DNA of 64,000 bases from Candidatus Krumholzibacteriota bacterium (GTDB lineage Bacteria; Krumholzibacteriota; Krumholzibacteriia; JAJRXK01). The DNA lies in the NCBI GenBank assembly GCA_963806035.1, contig CAWDWO010000023.1, positions 32,001 to 96,000 of the forward strand, read 5' to 3'. Positions 29,535 through 40,239 of the stretch are shown in pieces. The translations under genes and the position numbers were made by a program. Every line of letters starts with the position of its first letter. Position 1 is the stretch's first letter. Under the pieces are notes generated by a model that saw nothing but the letters and a program-made list of their open reading frames with translations, was not told where the DNA came from and searched no databases.

Positions 29535-32267
29535 ATGACCAGAAAACGCCGCTGGCTCAAAGCGGCCGCACCACTTCTCCTCGCCCCTCTGCTGTGCGCG
29601 GGCCTTCGCCCGGCTCCGTCGGATCCATCTGCGGAAAGCACGGGGAAGGTGGTGGAATCCTACGTAGCCCTGAGGGACTTCTTGAGCTGGTCGGCACAGG
29701 CCCGTCCCGAAGAGCTCGACCAGCGGGCCAAAAGCTTCAATCCATTGCAGATCCCCCTGCTGGCCAGCGTGGTGGACGAGGCAGAACGCGAACTGAGCGA
29801 GCCCGACCCACTCACCTACAAGGCCCTGGTCCGCTGGCAGTTCTGGCTCTCCAATCACCTCGACCCGACGAATCGGGGCGCCTGGGAAGCGCGTCCTGAG
29901 GTGCTCCCGAAGTCCATGCCGATCACGCGGGGCACCACGGCTGTCCTGCCCGCCCTCGAGATGACGGAACTCTCCGCCCTGGCCGGGATGGCCTATCGCG
30001 CGGATCACATTTTCGACGCCATGATCTGGTGGCGGGACCGCGATCTCGTGGAGCGCCGGATTTCGCGCAACATCTACGACCCCTCCACGGGCGGGTATGC
30101 GCGCTACGACTCACTGGGGCACCGGCAGCAACATCCCCCGGATCTGGCGGACCTCGTCCCCGTCGCTCTGAGTGCTCCCTGCGACCGGGGCGCTTCGCTC
30201 CGTCTGGCTTACCAGCTCCTCGCGGGGGGCAACATGGACGACCGCAACGACGCCAGAGCGAAAGCGTGGATGTCCCAGCGGCTGGATCCCGCTTCGGGGT
30301 GGCCCCTGCAGCCGGGACTGGACCTCTTGCGACCGGATCAAACCACCATCCTGTTGAGCCGAGCGGTAGCGCTGCTGGGCGACCCCGAGTTGAACGACCT
30401 GCTTCGGGGCACTCTCCAGGAATTGAATCTCCCCTACCGGGGCCCGGTGCGGCTCGATCTCGGCGATGAGCAGGTGTCCATCCCCACCGTCCTCGCGAAG
30501 CCGGAGCCTTTGCAGCGCAGCCGCGTCGCGATCGAGTTTCTCATCCGCTCCCACATCTTCAGCGCCGAAGAAACGGCGGCCATTCGGCTGGCCCTGCAGA
30601 ACGCCAGCGATCGCCTGGACGATGTCCCGGATTCCGTGGCAACCATGCTTCAGGGCTGGGCCGACCGCTGGCAGGTATTCGACGTCAGAGAACGCCAGGC
30701 CATGCATCCGCGAGAGTTCGAGGAGCAGGGCCTCAACGGCAGCGATGCAACGGCGGCTTTCAGCTTCCGCGAGAGAGATGCCGATAAGTGGCTATCCACC
30801 GCGCTCGAACTGCTGCAGCGCGATGCCGCCGAGCTTCTGTATCGAAGCCGTTCCGATGCTTCCTACAGCGCTCAGATTTTGCCGAGCGTGGTCACACGCG
30901 ACCACCGTCCCACGCTTCATCTCCACTTCGACCGGGTCTCCGCGGCGGAGCGGGCAATTTCCGGCGAGTGGAGCGCGGCCTGGACGGATGGTCACCTGAC
31001 CCGGGCCTTCGTCCCCCTGAACCTTCAAGCCCAGGGACGATTGAGCGCCAACGCGACGCTGCCCACTCTGCCCCAGGATCCCGGGCTGTGGTGGGTCATC
31101 CTGCGGGGACCGGAGGGCGGTCCGAAGCATGCCCCTGCCTGTTCGATCGTCGATCCCATGCGAGCCACGGTGCTCGCACTACCTCAGGGCAACAGTCACG
31201 CGCGCAGCTTCGAGGTCTCGCTCGAAAACGCCCTGACCAGCGATCTCGTCGGCCGCTACGAGATCGTAGTTCCTCCCGACTTCGAAGTAGAACCACGCGC
31301 GGCGCGGGAATTCACCTTGTCGGCCCGTTCGACCAGCACCTGGACGGTGAAAATCACCGCGCCCCAGAACAAAGCACCGGGTGACTACCCGGTGCAGTGG
31401 CGTTTCTACGACGACCACGGGCTCACCGCCAAGCTCGACGAGAGTTTCGCGGTGCATTTCGACTGGCTCACGATCGGGCCCTTCGCTCCCGGCGAGAGCT
31501 CTCCCCTCGCCACCACTGCGGGCCCCGATTTTCAGGTGCGACTCGGGCAGAGCTATTCTGGTTTGAAGGGCGAGGAACGTTGGCAGCACATCGATTCCCG
31601 CGCTCTTGCCACTGATGGTTGGGTCACGCTGGGACATGGCGTCCCGGGCGCGGTGTGGTACGGCCTCACCGCGGTTTCGACGGCCACGCGCGATGCCTTC
31701 GTGAAACTCGAATCGCGCACCGAAGCGGTGTTGAAAGTGAATGGCAGTGAAGTCGGACGCACCCGTCTCGCTCACGATACATTCGAGACTTCGCTGCAGC
31801 TCAGCCCGGGAACCAATTACTTCCTCGTGAAAATGGTCGCGGACGAGAATGGAGTCGCGAGGATTCGTCTCGATCTGAAGGACATCACGGGCGCGCCGCT
31901 CTTCGCGGGAGACTATCGTTTGAAGAGACTGGTCGACGGATACGCCTACTTGGGCTCGGTCCCGTCTGAAAGCCAGTCGACTCGTGAGGAACAGACCCGG
32001 GTGGAAATGCGTCTCGTGCCCATCAGCTACCGCGACCCGAACGCCTCGAGCGTCGCGGTGGTGGGCAGTTTCAACGGATGGGACCCGAAAGCCAACGTTC
32101 TACGGCGCGGAGCCGATGGGCTCTGGCGCACGGAGATCCGGCTCCGCCCCGGCAGCTTTCAATACAAGCTGGTCGTGGATGGAACGCGTTGGATCGCCGA
32201 TCCGGCCAATTCCAGCCGCGTTTCCGACGGCTTCGGCGCGCTCAACTCGGTGCTCGTGGTTCGCTGA
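29535..32267 (+). CDS. Large exported multidomain protein with C-terminal CBM48/AMPK-like glycogen-binding domain
   Basis: Signal-like N-terminus; C-terminal VAVVGSFNGW...GLW...PGSFQYKLVVDGTRWIADP. Confidence 0.75.
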   Translation: MTRKRRWLKAAAPLLLAPLLCAGLRPAPSDPSAESTGKVVESYVALRDFLSWSAQARPEELDQRAKSFNPLQIPLLASVVDEAERELSEPDPLTYKALVRWQFWLSNHLDPTNRGAWEARPEVLPKSMPITRGTTAVLPALEMTELSALAGMAYRADHIFDAMIWWRDRDLVERRISRNIYDPSTGGYARYDSLGHRQQHPPDLADLVPVALSAPCDRGASLRLAYQLLAGGNMDDRNDARAKAWMSQRLDPASGWPLQPGLDLLRPDQTTILLSRAVALLGDPELNDLLRGTLQELNLPYRGPVRLDLGDEQVSIPTVLAKPEPLQRSRVAIEFLIRSHIFSAEETAAIRLALQNASDRLDDVPDSVATMLQGWADRWQVFDVRERQAMHPREFEEQGLNGSDATAAFSFRERDADKWLSTALELLQRDAAELLYRSRSDASYSAQILPSVVTRDHRPTLHLHFDRVSAAERAISGEWSAAWTDGHLTRAFVPLNLQAQGRLSANATLPTLPQDPGLWWVILRGPEGGPKHAPACSIVDPMRATVLALPQGNSHARSFEVSLENALTSDLVGRYEIVVPPDFEVEPRAAREFTLSARSTSTWTVKITAPQNKAPGDYPVQWRFYDDHGLTAKLDESFAVHFDWLTIGPFAPGESSPLATTAGPDFQVRLGQSYSGLKGEERWQHIDSRALATDGWVTLGHGVPGAVWYGLTAVSTATRDAFVKLESRTEAVLKVNGSEVGRTRLAHDTFETSLQLSPGTNYFLVKMVADENGVARIRLDLKDITGAPLFAGDYRLKRLVDGYAYLGSVPSESQSTREEQTRVEMRLVPISYRDPNASSVAVVGSFNGWDPKANVLRRGADGLWRTEIRLRPGSFQYKLVVDGTRWIADPANSSRVSDGFGALNSVLVVR

Positions 32268-32398
32268 GCCGTTTTCTTTGCAGCACTGGCTATCCTCCTC
32301 TGCTAATCTAAGTTCTCTTGGACCTTTGGAACGACTCCTGGGCCGCCGGCACCGTGTGTCGCGCGCGCCACCATCCCCTCTGAACCAGCTTCGGTACT

Positions 32399-33955
32399 AT
32401 GGGCGAGAACATTCAGAAGAAGATCAAAGAGCTGGCTGAGAAGCACCAAGAGGCCCTTCTCGGCGGCGGGCAAGCCCGGATCGACAAGATCCATGCGTCC
32501 GGTCGACTCACGGCCCGCGAGCGCATTCACCTCCTACTCGACGAGGGAAGCTTCCAGGAAACCGGCGTTTTCGTGACTCATCGTTGCAACGATTTGGGCA
32601 TGGAGCGCACCCGCCCGCTGGGGGACGGCATCGTCACCGGGGCGGGCAAGGTCGACGGGCGCCTGGTCTATCTCTTCGCCCAGGATTTTACCGTCTTCGG
32701 GGGGAGCATGAGCATGGCCAATGCGGAGAAGATCTGCCGCATCATGGATGAAGCTCTCCAGAACGGCGCGCCCCTCATCGGCCTCAACGACAGCGGCGGC
32801 GCGCGCATTCAAGAGGGCGTCGAGAGTCTCGCCGGCTACGCGGAGATCTTCTGGCGCAACACACAGGCCAGCGGAGTTGTCCCCCAGATCAGTGCGATCA
32901 TGGGTCCCTGCGCGGGTGGCGCGGTGTACAGCCCCGCCATCACCGATTTCACGATCATGGTGGAAAAGACCAGCCACATGTTCGTCACCGGACCCAACGT
33001 CATCAAGATGGTCACCAACGAAGATGTGACTTTCGAAGAGCTTGGTGGGGCGGACACGCACAACATGAAAAGCGGCGTCGCCCACATGAAGGCGCAGAGC
33101 GATCAAGAGTGTCTTTTGATGGTGAAGAAACTCCTGAGCTACCTGCCGCAAAACAATCTGGAAGACCCGCCGGTCACTACCTGCACCGATCCCATCGATC
33201 GCCGCGAAAGCCGGCTGAACGAGATCATTCCCGACAGCCCCAAGCAACCCTACGACATCAAGGAAGTCATTCGGCTCGTGGTGGACGATGGTGAGTTCCT
33301 GGAGATTCAGCCGGCCTACGCCCAGAACATCGTGTGCGGTTTCGCGCGCCTGGGCGGAGCCAGCGTGGGCATCGTGGGCAACCAGCCCAAGTCTTTGGCC
33401 GGAGTACTCGACATCGACGCCAGTCTAAAAGCCGCTCGTTTCGTTCGCAGCTGTGATTGCTTCAACATTCCCCTGGTCACTTTCGAAGACGTTCCCGGCT
33501 TCCTGCCGGGCACGCGTCAAGAGTTCGGCGGACTCATCAAGCACGGTGCGAAGCTGCTCTTCGCCTATTGCGAGGCGACCGTTCCCAAGCTTACCGTCAT
33601 CACGCGCAAGGCCTACGGAGGCGCCTACGACGTGATGAGTTCCAAGCACATCAGGGGCGATTGGAACGTAGCCTGGCCCAGCGCCGAGCTGGCCGTGATG
33701 GGCCCTGAAGGCGCGGTCAACATCATCTACCGCAAGGAGATCGAGAAGGCCGACGATCCCGACGCCGTGCGCAAACAGAGAGTCGACGAGTACGAAGCGA
33801 GGCTCGCAAACCCGTACGTGGCCGCGAGTCTGGGGTATCTGGATGACGTCATCGAGCCGCGCGACACGCGTCCTCTGCTCATCGCCGCCCTTCGCAGACT
33901 CCGCAACAAGAAACAGGAAACTCCGCGCAAGAAGCACGGGAACATTCCTCTCTAG
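32399..33955 (+). CDS. pccB: Propionyl/acyl-CoA carboxylase carboxyltransferase beta subunit
   Basis: [35 protein letters not shown]. Confidence 0.95.
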   Translation: MGENIQKKIKELAEKHQEALLGGGQARIDKIHASGRLTARERIHLLLDEGSFQETGVFVTHRCNDLGMERTRPLGDGIVTGAGKVDGRLVYLFAQDFTVFGGSMSMANAEKICRIMDEALQNGAPLIGLNDSGGARIQEGVESLAGYAEIFWRNTQASGVVPQISAIMGPCAGGAVYSPAITDFTIMVEKTSHMFVTGPNVIKMVTNEDVTFEELGGADTHNMKSGVAHMKAQSDQECLLMVKKLLSYLPQNNLEDPPVTTCTDPIDRRESRLNEIIPDSPKQPYDIKEVIRLVVDDGEFLEIQPAYAQNIVCGFARLGGASVGIVGNQPKSLAGVLDIDASLKAARFVRSCDCFNIPLVTFEDVPGFLPGTRQEFGGLIKHGAKLLFAYCEATVPKLTVITRKAYGGAYDVMSSKHIRGDWNVAWPSAELAVMGPEGAVNIIYRKEIEKADDPDAVRKQRVDEYEARLANPYVAASLGYLDDVIEPRDTRPLLIAALRRLRNKKQETPRKKHGNIPL

Positions 33956-33980
33956 GATCCCACCTTTTCAGGAGTTCATC

Positions 33981-35504
33981 TTGGCCACCGCGTCGCTGAA
34001 AAAAGTACTGATCGCCAATCGCGGCGAAATCTCGGTGCGCATCCAACAGACCCTGCGCGAGATGGGAATCATCGCCTGCGCGGTCTATAGCGATCCCGAC
34101 CGGACCGCGCTACACACGCTCCAAGCCGATGAAGCCTATCCCCTGGGCGCCGGGCCATCGAGCGAGAGCTATTTGAGCATCGAGAAGATCATCGACGCGG
34201 CGCGGCAGGCGAAAGCCGATGCCATCCATCCCGGTTACGGCTTCTTGAGCGAGAACGCCGAGTTCGCGCGCGCGGTGGAAGACGCGGGGCTGGTCTTCAT
34301 CGGGCCCACCCCGGAGAGCATGCAGAGCATGGGCAACAAACTCTCCGCGCGGGCCCTCATGGAAAAGGCCGGGGTGCCGGTGGTTCCCGGCAATTCGAGC
34401 GCCCTGGACGATCTTCCCTCGGCGCTGAAAGCGGCGGAGGCGATCGGCTACCCGGTGCTGCTGAAGGCGGCGGCGGGAGGCGGCGGCAAGGGGATGCGGG
34501 TGGTGAATTCGGAGAAGGAAATGGCGAGTTTCCTCGAGCGCACCAAGGGCGAAGCCAAGGGTGCCTTCGGCGACGCCTCGGTCTTCCTGGAAAAGTTCAT
34601 CGAACGACCGCGCCATCTCGAAGTTCAGGTCCTGGGTGACGGCAAGGGAAAGGTGCTCCACCTCTTCGAACGCGAATGCAGCGTTCAGCGCCGCCACCAG
34701 AAGGTGATCGAGGAATCCCCCTCTCCCTCCATCTCCGAAGAGACCAGGCAGAGTCTCTGCAAGGCCGCAGTCAAGGCAGCCGCGGCGGTGAACTACCGCG
34801 GCGCGGGAACGGTGGAGTTCATCGCGGACGAGAACGACAAGTTCTACTTCCTGGAAATGAACACCCGGCTCCAGGTGGAGCATCCGGTGACCGAGGAGGT
34901 CGTGGGCGTCGACCTCGTGGCGGCCCAGGTCAGGGTGGCGCAGGGTGAAGGACTCCGTTGGAAGCAGAAGGACCTGCATCAGCGCGGTCACGCGATCGAA
35001 TTTCGAGTCTACGCCGAGAATCCCTGGCTGAACTTCGCGCCCAGTCCGGGGACGGTGCACCGCCTGCGAATGCCGGTGGGGGCAGGAGTGCGAAACGATC
35101 GCGGATTGCGGGAGGGATACGAGGTTCCGGTGTACTACGATCCCATGCTGGCCAAGCTGATCGTGGCCGCGGAGAACCGCGCCGCCGCGATCGCGCGCGG
35201 CCGGCGGGCGCTCGCGGACTACCGCATCCTGGGCTTGATTCACAACATTCCGCTGCACCGCTGGGTACTCGAACAGCCCGAGTTCATCGACGGACACTAC
35301 AGCACTCGCTTTCTCGAGCAGCGTTTCGATCCCGCTGAGCTCAAGAGCAATCTGACGCAGGACGAAAAAGAGGCCCTCGCCGCCGCACTGGCCTTGGTGG
35401 AAGCGGGCCTGGGGAACGCGAACGGGGGCCACGGCGATCGGCCCGCTCCGTTGTCGACCTGGGGGCAATACGGCCGACTCGCCATGACGCGAAAGCTGGA
35501 CTAG
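33981..35504 (+). CDS. accC: Biotin carboxylase subunit of acyl-CoA carboxylase
   Basis: LIANRGEI, HPGYGFLSEN, GGGGKGMR, EMNTRLQVEHPVTE; TTG start after AGGAG. Confidence 0.93.
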   Translation: MATASLKKVLIANRGEISVRIQQTLREMGIIACAVYSDPDRTALHTLQADEAYPLGAGPSSESYLSIEKIIDAARQAKADAIHPGYGFLSENAEFARAVEDAGLVFIGPTPESMQSMGNKLSARALMEKAGVPVVPGNSSALDDLPSALKAAEAIGYPVLLKAAAGGGGKGMRVVNSEKEMASFLERTKGEAKGAFGDASVFLEKFIERPRHLEVQVLGDGKGKVLHLFERECSVQRRHQKVIEESPSPSISEETRQSLCKAAVKAAAAVNYRGAGTVEFIADENDKFYFLEMNTRLQVEHPVTEEVVGVDLVAAQVRVAQGEGLRWKQKDLHQRGHAIEFRVYAENPWLNFAPSPGTVHRLRMPVGAGVRNDRGLREGYEVPVYYDPMLAKLIVAAENRAAAIARGRRALADYRILGLIHNIPLHRWVLEQPEFIDGHYSTRFLEQRFDPAELKSNLTQDEKEALAAALALVEAGLGNANGGHGDRPAPLSTWGQYGRLAMTRKLD

Positions 35505-35512
35505 GGGACACG

Positions 35513-36049
35513 ATGGAACTGCGCAAGACCTACGTGACGCGGCTCTTTGGGGAGGACCTGAAAGCAGTCGTGGTGCGGGATGGCTCCGGCAAGATCTGGG
35601 TGGAAACTCCCACCGGAGCGCGCATCACCGATGCGCTGGTTCTGGATGGCGGCCGTACCGTCAGCATTCGTCAGAACGGTCGCATGTATCTGATCGACCT
35701 CACGCCGCCCGGAAGCTCCTGGCACGCGGCACTGCTGGGAGGACGCGGGGGCAAAGTGCAAGTTCTCGATGAATTGGCCGCGGCAGCCGCGGAACAGGAG
35801 AGCGCGGGATCCTCGGGCGCCGAGGTTCTCGCGGAGATGCCGGGGCTCGTGGTCGAGTACAAATGCGCGGTGGGGGACGAAGTGGAACCGGGGCAGGCCC
35901 TGGTCATCCTGGAAGCCATGAAGATGCAGAACGAACTCCCTTCGCCTGGCGCCGGTATCGTCGAGGAGATCATGGTCAAGGCCGGCAGCACCGTCGCCGC
36001 GGGCACCGTGCTGCTCCGCGTACAACCGAAGTCCCTGGAGACGCAGTGA
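35513..36049 (+). CDS. Biotin carboxyl carrier protein
   Basis: EAMKMQNE biotinylation motif. Confidence 0.92.
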   Translation: MELRKTYVTRLFGEDLKAVVVRDGSGKIWVETPTGARITDALVLDGGRTVSIRQNGRMYLIDLTPPGSSWHAALLGGRGGKVQVLDELAAAAAEQESAGSSGAEVLAEMPGLVVEYKCAVGDEVEPGQALVILEAMKMQNELPSPGAGIVEEIMVKAGSTVAAGTVLLRVQPKSLETQ

Positions 36050-36519
36050 GCCTCTTCGAGAATCCCGAAGAACTACGCCGGGCCATCCTGAATCTGCCCC
36101 CCGAGCTGCGTCCGCTCTGCGACGGACTGGACCATCTGGGCGTGGCTGTCGCCGAGCTCGAGCAAATCCTGCCCCTGTATCGCGATCTTCTGGAGCTCCC
36201 TTTTCTGGGCACCGAGACGATCGAGAGTGATGGAGTCCGGGTCGCCATTTTTGATCTGAAGGGTCCCCACCTGGAGCTTCTCGAACCCACTTCGCAAGAG
36301 AGCCCGGTCGCGAAATTTCTGAAAAAGCGCGGCCCCGGCTTGCACCACGTGGCCTTGAGAGTGAAGAATTGCGCGGACGCGGTGAGAGTGCTGCGCGAGG
36401 CGGGAATCACGATGATCGACGAAACGCCGCGCGGCGGAGCTTCCAACAAGCTCATCGCCTTCTGTCATCCTCGCTCGACCGGTGGCGTCCTGCTGGAACT
36501 CTGTGAACGGTCTACATGA
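36046..36519 (+). CDS. mce: Methylmalonyl-CoA epimerase
   Basis: DHLGVAV, LELLEP, GPGLHHVAL, HPRSTGGVLLEL; GTG overlaps upstream stop. Confidence 0.92.
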   Translation: MSLFENPEELRRAILNLPPELRPLCDGLDHLGVAVAELEQILPLYRDLLELPFLGTETIESDGVRVAIFDLKGPHLELLEPTSQESPVAKFLKKRGPGLHHVALRVKNCADAVRVLREAGITMIDETPRGGASNKLIAFCHPRSTGGVLLELCERST

Positions 36520-38359
36520 GACCCAGAGCGGCCAGCGTCCCGAACATGACTCCCAAGAGACTCTCACCGGCGATGATGCCGCTGGCCACGGGAACCGTGT
36601 AGGCTTCCGCGCGCGCGGGGGCGACTTTGCGCGCCGCGATTGCCAAGAGAGCGCCGAGCACGAAGGCGGTGGACTGACTGAAGGGGATCACCATTCCCAG
36701 GCCCAGACCGAAGGCGCTGGGCGTCCACTTGCTATCTGGCCAGATCTGAGAGATCACCGAGAGAATCAGACCCAGGCTGAGACCCACTAGCAGACCCAGA
36801 CGCGCGGCGGGAGCGAGCGCGGAGAGTCCGCTGGACATCAGTTCGGCGATGGCCCGCCACGCGGCGGCGGCCGGAGCAGGAAGTTGCGCCGTCCCGAGGA
36901 GGTTGACGTCGGGCACCAGTACGTAAAACGCGGGCACCACCACCAGCGCCCCTGCCAAAGTCCCCAAGAGTTGCGCCTGGAACTGCTTGCGCGGATTGCC
37001 TCCCAACAAACGGCCGCACTTGAGATTCGTGGCGAGGTCGGCGGCACAAGCGGCTGAACTCACACTCATTCCGGTCGCCATCAGGTTGGTGCTCAAGCGA
37101 CGCGGGGCGATCCCGCCGAAGCTGAGCTGCGCCAATTTTCCCAGCTGCCCCACCGGAATGAGATCGGTCTCCCCCACCGCGCGCGTCGCCACCACTACGA
37201 AGAGGAGGCTCAAGATGAGGGCGACCAAGAGCGAGAGAGGAGAAATGGCGAAGGCCAGGATGCCGGTCACGGCCAGCCCGATCACACAGAAGCCGAGTCC
37301 CACCAGGAACCACCAGTCGGGCATTTCGATCTCGGCCACCGGATCATCCGCGCTGGATCCGGAGCGGCCGCGCAGAATGGCCCAGAGACCCGAGAACGCC
37401 CTTCCCATGGTGTGTCGCTGGAAGAAGAGGTCCGCCAGAGAAGCTCCCACCATGAGCGAGGCGCCGAGCCATAGTGCAAAACCATTCTGGACGGTGCGAT
37501 AGGAAAGCTCCCCCACCACGTAGAGGTTCGAGACCAGCCAGGGCGCCAACACCAGATAGACGATGCTCGAGCCGGCGAGCATCCAGAGCGAGATTCGAAT
37601 TCCGATGAGGGCGCCGCCAGCCAGAGAGACTCCGGCCAGGTCCAATCCCACCGTCAGCGGCGCGAGAGAAACGCCCGAGATCGAACCGGGAACGAAGAGG
37701 GAATCGGGAATTCTCGGAAAACGCCACCAGCCGAATGCATTGTTGGTTCCCAGCCACGATCCCAGAGCCCCCAGGCCCATGCCCGCGAAGAGCCCTCTCG
37801 CCTGTCGCAAGGGCTGCGTTCCCTTGGCGTGCAGGCCGCGCAGGGTCTCCGCCGCGGCCACGCCGCTGGGAAACACCAGGCTCTCGTCGTTGACCAGCTG
37901 ACGCTTGAAGGGGATGAAGAGCATCAGCCCCAGGGCAGCAGAAAAGAAGATCCACAGAATGAGCCAACCCGCGCGAATGCTCACTCCGGTGACCATGAGG
38001 TAGGCCGGGATGGCCGAGACCAGGAGCGCGACGATAGTGTAGCCCGCCGCGGAGGCCGTCGACTGCATGCAGTTGTCTTCGAGAATTCCGGGGGAGCGCA
38101 AGCCGGGTTTGGCCAACTTGAAGATGCGCCAAAAGGAGAAGGAGAGAATGCAGGCCGTGATCGCGATACTGAACGACCACCCCGTCTTGAGACCCGCGTA
38201 GAGATTGCTCAGGGCGAGCATGCAACCCAAAAGGACCCCGGTCAGAGTCGAGCGCAGGGTGAGCTGGGGGCTACCGTCGGCGACGTAGACTTCGTCGCGC
38301 CAGCGCCGGTCCCTTTCCTCCGCGCTGAGAGGGGAATGCTGCCGTCCTGTGGGATTCAT
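36512..38359 (-). CDS. OPT-family oligopeptide transporter
   Basis: QLTLRS, NLYAGLKTGW, QSTASAAG, FPSGVAAAETL, GETD, ASGIIAGESL. Confidence 0.93.
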   Translation of the reverse strand: MNPTGRQHSPLSAEERDRRWRDEVYVADGSPQLTLRSTLTGVLLGCMLALSNLYAGLKTGWSFSIAITACILSFSFWRIFKLAKPGLRSPGILEDNCMQSTASAAGYTIVALLVSAIPAYLMVTGVSIRAGWLILWIFFSAALGLMLFIPFKRQLVNDESLVFPSGVAAAETLRGLHAKGTQPLRQARGLFAGMGLGALGSWLGTNNAFGWWRFPRIPDSLFVPGSISGVSLAPLTVGLDLAGVSLAGGALIGIRISLWMLAGSSIVYLVLAPWLVSNLYVVGELSYRTVQNGFALWLGASLMVGASLADLFFQRHTMGRAFSGLWAILRGRSGSSADDPVAEIEMPDWWFLVGLGFCVIGLAVTGILAFAISPLSLLVALILSLLFVVVATRAVGETDLIPVGQLGKLAQLSFGGIAPRRLSTNLMATGMSVSSAACAADLATNLKCGRLLGGNPRKQFQAQLLGTLAGALVVVPAFYVLVPDVNLLGTAQLPAPAAAAWRAIAELMSSGLSALAPAARLGLLVGLSLGLILSVISQIWPDSKWTPSAFGLGLGMVIPFSQSTAFVLGALLAIAARKVAPARAEAYTVPVASGIIAGESLLGVMFGTLAALGLM

Positions 38360-38608
38360 CTAGGCCTCGTCCTCGGATTCATCCGCCTCCTCGACATTCT
38401 GCAGCTCGGCCACGACCTGCTCGATTTCCAGGCGCGTGTTGCTCAGACGATCGCGGCAGAACTGGATCAGCTCACTGGCCCGTTTCACCTTGGCCGTGAG
38501 CTCGTCCACATCCACCGCTTCCTCCTCGAGTTGCGCGAGGATCGTCTCCAGTTCCTTCATGGCCTCGGCATAGCGTGGCGCCTTGGTCTGAGCCTTCTTC
38601 GCACTCAT
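38360..38608 (-). CDS. xseB: Exodeoxyribonuclease VII small subunit
   Basis: YAEAMKELETILAQLE...VKRASELIQFC; overlaps xseA end. Confidence 0.93.
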   Translation of the reverse strand: MSAKKAQTKAPRYAEAMKELETILAQLEEEAVDVDELTAKVKRASELIQFCRDRLSNTRLEIEQVVAELQNVEEADESEDEA

Positions 38609-40035
38609 GAACTCGTCCTCTCCTTCCGGCATTCCTTGACTTCGCTGCTCACACTTCCCTGCGATAGCTGGGTCGTGATCCTGTCGCCGACTTTCAGTTC
38701 GGTTGCACGTCGCACCACGGCTCCCTTAGGCCCACGACTGATGCTGTAACCGCGGGCCAGGACCCTTCGTGGATCGAGGAGGCGAACGCGGGTTTCCTGA
38801 GCACTCAGTTTTTCCGCACGGCGGTTCAAAAGAGCCTGCATGCGGGAGAGAGTCAGCTTTCCCAGAGCCGCCTGCAAGGTCTGATCCGCGCGGTGTAGGA
38901 CCAGGCGCCCCGCACCTCGCAGCTCTCCCGCGATGCGCTCGCGCCTGCTCTCCGCGCGGCTCAAGGCCCGCGGGGTCTCCCGGAGCAGGCTCCGCTCGGC
39001 TTCCAGGAGATCGCGCTGCGCGGAGACGATCCGCGCCTTTGCGCGCGAACTCGCCAGTTGCGCGGCCATGATGAGACGGTGCCGCTCGTTCGCGGTTCTC
39101 TTCTCCGCCAAGGAGGCGATTTCCTCCGCCCTTTCCTGCAACAGGCTCAAAAAGTTCGCAGCCATCGTCACGAGAGCGGCGGCGCAAGCGGTCGGGGTCT
39201 TGTAGGCGGTGTGCGCCACGTGATCGGCCACGGAGGTGTCGATCTCGTGGCCGATTCCCGTCAGGACCGGGATGGGCATCTTGCAGATGGCCCGCGCCAG
39301 GGCCTCGCTGTCGAAAGCCGCGAGATCGCTCTGGCTGCCTCCTCCCCTCACGATCGCGACGAGGTCGAGCTCGTGCCTCTCGAGGGTACCCAGAGCGGCG
39401 AGCAGAGTGCGCTCGGCCTCCGCACCCTGCACCCGGGCATCCACGACCACGACCCGATGCCCGAAGCCCCCTTGTTCCAACTCGTTGATGAAGTCGTTGT
39501 AGGCCGCGCTGCCGACACTGGTGATCAGGCCAATCCTGGCCGGGACCAACGGCAGGGGACGTTCGGCGTTCGCGCGCAGAAGCCCTTCCGCCTGCAACGC
39601 GCGCAGGATGCGCTCGCGCCTGAGAGCCAGTTGCCCCAGGGTGAAGGCGGGGTCGACGCCGGTCATCACGAACTGAAGCTTGCCGAACGGCGGGTAGAAA
39701 TCGACGCGGCCCTTGATGCGCACCTCGATGTCGTCGTCGAGCTTGAATCCCGGCGAACTGGTGATCGTGCGATCCACCGGTCCCCGATTCCAGGAGAGCA
39801 GCGCCACCGAGAGCTTTCCTTTCACTCCGTCGCCGTACTCGTCCTTCTCCACCAGTTCGAAGTACCAGTGTTTGCGCATTCGGGTTCGGGCGAGGCCTTG
39901 AATTTCGCCGCGCACCCAGATCTCCTGCGGGAAACGTTCGCTGAGAGCGTGGGAGATCGCCTCGTTCAGGCGCGTCACCGACCAGGTGGCGTCCTCTTCC
40001 ATGGAACTAGCGGCAAAGAGCGGCAAATCGTTCAT
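38605..40035 (-). CDS. xseA: Exodeoxyribonuclease VII large subunit
   Basis: WVRGEI OB fold, RGGGS, GIGHEID, TPTA, LARGYS. Confidence 0.95.
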   Translation of the reverse strand: MNDLPLFAASSMEEDATWSVTRLNEAISHALSERFPQEIWVRGEIQGLARTRMRKHWYFELVEKDEYGDGVKGKLSVALLSWNRGPVDRTITSSPGFKLDDDIEVRIKGRVDFYPPFGKLQFVMTGVDPAFTLGQLALRRERILRALQAEGLLRANAERPLPLVPARIGLITSVGSAAYNDFINELEQGGFGHRVVVVDARVQGAEAERTLLAALGTLERHELDLVAIVRGGGSQSDLAAFDSEALARAICKMPIPVLTGIGHEIDTSVADHVAHTAYKTPTACAAALVTMAANFLSLLQERAEEIASLAEKRTANERHRLIMAAQLASSRAKARIVSAQRDLLEAERSLLRETPRALSRAESRRERIAGELRGAGRLVLHRADQTLQAALGKLTLSRMQALLNRRAEKLSAQETRVRLLDPRRVLARGYSISRGPKGAVVRRATELKVGDRITTQLSQGSVSSEVKECRKERTSS

Positions 40036-40239
40036 GATTGCCAGATTCTCCGGGAGGTCGGTCGAATGGATGGGGCGTTCCCTCTCTTATACACGCTCAG
40101 GCTGAATGGCGCGAGAACACTTCAGGGACCGCTCTTCTCAAGCCTGGACCGTTGAGGGGAAAACGATACAATCAGCCCGCCCCACCCCGGCGAAAGGGCG
40201 GAATTCGTGGCCTCTTGGCGGCGGCAGTTGTACCGGACG

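Noticed and set aside
35450..35504. Biotin carboxylase C-terminus PLSTWGQYGRLA resembling the WG tail
   Set aside because: Cytoplasmic enzyme with no signal peptide; lacks the K-A and upstream Cys; a SxW...GR ending is usual for this subunit type
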